From positions 373,955 to 437,954 of the forward strand of contig NMRA01000374.1 of assembly GCA_002633005.1 (NCBI GenBank): DNA of 64,000 nucleotides. Reading direction: 5' to 3'. The DNA comes from Phoronis australis (taxonomy: Eukaryota; Animalia; Phoronida). Numbering within the stretch: position 1 is the first letter of the stretch; every line of letters begins with the position of its first letter. The translations under genes were made by a program, and so were the position numbers. Positions 61,051-64,000 of this stretch are shown here, one piece after another. The notes beneath the pieces were generated by a model. It was not told the origin of the DNA. It saw nothing but the letters and a program-made list of their open reading frames with translations, and made no database searches.

Positions 61051-63276
61051 GCTTCGAAATCACCGTCTTCGATATGACGACTTCAATGCTTAAATATAAA
61101 TGTTTTCGACTCAAGCAAATTACCTGAAATCCTCATTAAGTTTTATAAGTAGCGTCTCTATGATTTTTTTAGTTTCCGTGGAGTCTCATGACGAAAGTTC
61201 GCCTGGTCTCAGAATTTTCAGGCCCTTATCATAAACAATATCTAACTACAATAAACATCAGGCTAATTGCTGACAGACACATCAGACCCATACTGAAAAC
61301 CACAACTGACTGGATGGGACTACTTTCCAAGAGTTGCCTTAAATAAACAATTTGAGGGATATGGCTCAAACTGACACACAGTTTATAGCAATGGCAAGCT
61401 TTCTGTGGTAACGTGAACAGCAGTTAGAAACTATATAGCTGAACAAGTGAGACAACTGAAGACCCGAAATACCTATTTTAACAATACACTCAGAATGAGT
61501 CTGTATTTTTATAAAGATGTCAATCAAAGCATTGTACGTCCTACGTAAACGAAGAAACTTCAAAACCTACAGATAAAACCAAAACCCAGTAAGGTCCAAG
61601 AGAGAATAATGGATTCAAGTACCACTTGTAGTTCTACTACAGAGGCGGATCTACGGGAAGAGGTTTCATGGGGTTCAACCCTCCCCCAGAGACACGATTA
61701 AAATAAAAAAATAAAAAACAGTTGCCAGGAGAACGAAATCAGATATTAAAAAACAAAAAAATCTTACACGGGTGGGGAGAAACACCCTCATTATTAATGA
61801 ATCAAAATTTATGTACTACCAAACATATATATTAAGTTTGAAGAACATACCTGCAACCATGTTGGAGTTATTAAGTGTCAAAGTTGGCCGGAAGAAGAAT
61901 AAGAATAAGAAGAATATGAACTAGAAAGATTATTGTCACGGCGTGACAATAACGGACTCTACGCGTGCGTATTACTGGAATTATCATGGGAAGTTACTGA
62001 CAGCAACCCGTTTACCAAAATGAAAAGGAATTCTTTGAAATTGTAGGAGAAATTACATATTAATATTTTGATGACCTTTCCACTAATTGACCTCTTCCGG
62101 TGCATTATGAGCACTGATGAGGGAGTAATTGCTAACTCGATTAAAAGTGGGGTTAATGCTAAAAATCACAGATGTTTTACTTTAAGCACTTCAGAATGAA
62201 TGAATTAGTCAAACTTTCAGAAGTAAAATGCACCTAATGACCCCGTGGATGCACCAAATGACCTGAAAACTTAGAATTAAAACTCAATCGCGTTTATTAT
62301 ATAATATATAATATATAATTTTGAAGTCTTTAGCTCAAAATTTAAGTTGGCACTCAATGACCTTTGAGCTATTTTTTCTGATTGGTTAGGCCTATTGCGT
62401 GGTAAAATATGGTGTTCGATTGGCATGTTGGCTCACATCAGCGTGCTCAAAGTGAAAAGAATTCCATGAAAAATGTAGGAGATATAACATTTTGAACGTT
62501 AGATAACCTTTGCACTAATTGACCCTATCTGGTGCATTATAAGAATCTTTAGGAGAATTACTGCAAAGCATTTGTTAAGTGTGTTTAATGCTGAGAATGA
62601 CAGTTGTCTAACTGTTGAAACATCACGATAATTGGTGAATGATTATGTCAAATGGTCAGACGAAAAATGCACCTAATGACCCCATGGTTGCTCCAAATGA
62701 CCTAAAACCTTAGACTTCCATCTGAATTTTATGCACCAATAAGATGTGTGAATTTGAAGTTTAATTTGCACTCAATGACCTTTGACTTCTTTAACCTGAT
62801 TGGATGACTCGATTTCTTAGAAAAGCAACTTTTAAATTTCTTTTGTTGACCTATACGTGTTCACCGAATTTGAAAAAGATAGCTTTAAAACTAAGGAAGA
62901 AGTAGCATTTTGAAAATTATACGACCTTTGCACTAAGTGACCTCTTCCGGTGCATTATAAGCCTGTTTGGAAAGTTTTTTTGCAAAGCTCGTGTATAGTG
63001 TGTTAAATGCGGAGAATCACAGTTGTCTAACTGTTGACACATCAGAATACTTAGTGAATGAAAAGGACAAATTTTCAGAAGAAAAATGCACCTAATGACC
63101 CCATGGCTGCATTAAATGACATGAAACTTTGTATTTGGAATTGAATTAGACGTACCAATCAGACTTGTCATTTTGAAGTCTCTAGCACTAAATGACTTTT
63201 AACCTATTTTTCTGATTGGTTAGGCCCATTGAGTAGTAATGTAGGGTGTTCAATTGGCATGTTTACTTACACCAGT

Positions 63277-63380
63277 GTGACCAAATACTATATGGAGTGA
63301 CCAAATATTATATGAGATGACCAAATACTATATGGAGTGACCAAATAATATATGGGGGCCCAATTTTATATGGGGTGACC
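63277..63380 (+). repeat. 20-bp minisatellite (GTGACCAAATACTATATGGA), 5 copies
   Basis: Direct tandem repeat. Confidence 0.9.
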
Positions 63381-63714
63381 ACATACTCCGAATTCAAACA
63401 CCTCTTGAAGATATCAGAAACGCACGTGCACTAAAAGAATGAACTGTATTTTGGTCACGGGACATTGTTTCGCATCGAAAATACCGCTTAACTTCAAGAG
63501 AGTAAAAAAAATCAGCCAACTTCAAGCGAGTAAAAAATCAGCGAACTTGCAAATTGTATTTATGTTCCTGGTAATTGTTTATAGTCCATGCTGAGAACAC
63601 AAATAACTGTTTGGTTACCCCCTTGGATCCATGAATAGATGAGTCCGGACTGATGGTGTATTGTGGTCATAGACCTTCAGGCATGAATCATATGAATCTT
63701 GCATGTAGCTTGAC

Positions 63715-64000
63715 GAGTCCGACAGCAGCGTGTAGGCCTAAGGACGCAGCATGTAAGACATTTTGATTGTTGCTTATTGAAGAGTCCGACAGCAGCGTGA
63801 AGGCCTAAGGACGCAGCATGTAAGACATTTTGATTATTGCTAATTGAAGAGTCCGACAGCAGCGTGTGGGCCTAAGGACGCAGCATATAAGACATTTTGA
63901 TTGTTGCTAATTGAAGAGTCCGACAGCAGCGTGTAGGCCTAAGGACGCAGCATGTAAGACATTTTGATTGTTGCTAATTGAAGAGTCCGACAGCAGCGTG
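63715..64000 (+). repeat. 67-bp tandem repeat running off the window end
   Basis: Unit GAGTCCGACAGCAGCGTGTAGGCCTAAGGACGCAGCATGTAAGACATTTTGATTGTTGCTAATTGAA; more than 4 copies. Confidence 0.97.

Larger units (their letters stand above)
57595..63276 (+). mobile_element. Two further head-to-tail HINE-like copies (57595-61918, interrupted; 61919-63276)
   Basis: Same palindromic head and ~430-bp units as 40861-43165. The first copy breaks after GAATATGATTATATAA (~59077) and resumes at GAATCAAAATTTATGTACT (~61799), bracketing ~2.7 kb of nested DNA. Confidence 0.75.

Noticed and set aside
62110-62140. CTGATGAG as a hammerhead core in the HINE copy
   Set aside because: No stem II or GAAA box follows, and sibling copies read CCGATGAG or GGATGAG.

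Overview
Eukaryotic (animal, probably marine invertebrate, by inference) repeat-rich draft-assembly window with single-N joins and one N gap. Two host genes are supported. One is the 3' three coding exons of a spliced MORN5 gene (15171-20014, +) with an extra C-terminal 9-aa-repeat tail. The other is an intronless inhibitory-type serpin (44904-46046, +; predicted P1-P1' Arg-Cys). Most of the rest is mobile DNA: two decayed copies of an unusual Ty3/Gypsy family (RT motif ADD, tRNA-Leu PBS), two Mag-like Gypsy elements (one nested), a Penelope GIY-YIG fragment with inverted pseudo-LTRs, a Kolobok/THAP derivative, Tc1/mariner-type and other TIR elements, Helentron-like (HINE) tandem elements, LINE fragments and many minisatellites. 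The most striking object is a 394-bp TSD-flanked element (52661-53054) that joins a tRNA-derived Pol III head to a minimal hammerhead-ribozyme motif and an inverted copy of it. It may be a SINE/retrozyme hybrid mobilised by Penelope. All family assignments are by motif recognition from memory; no database search was run.
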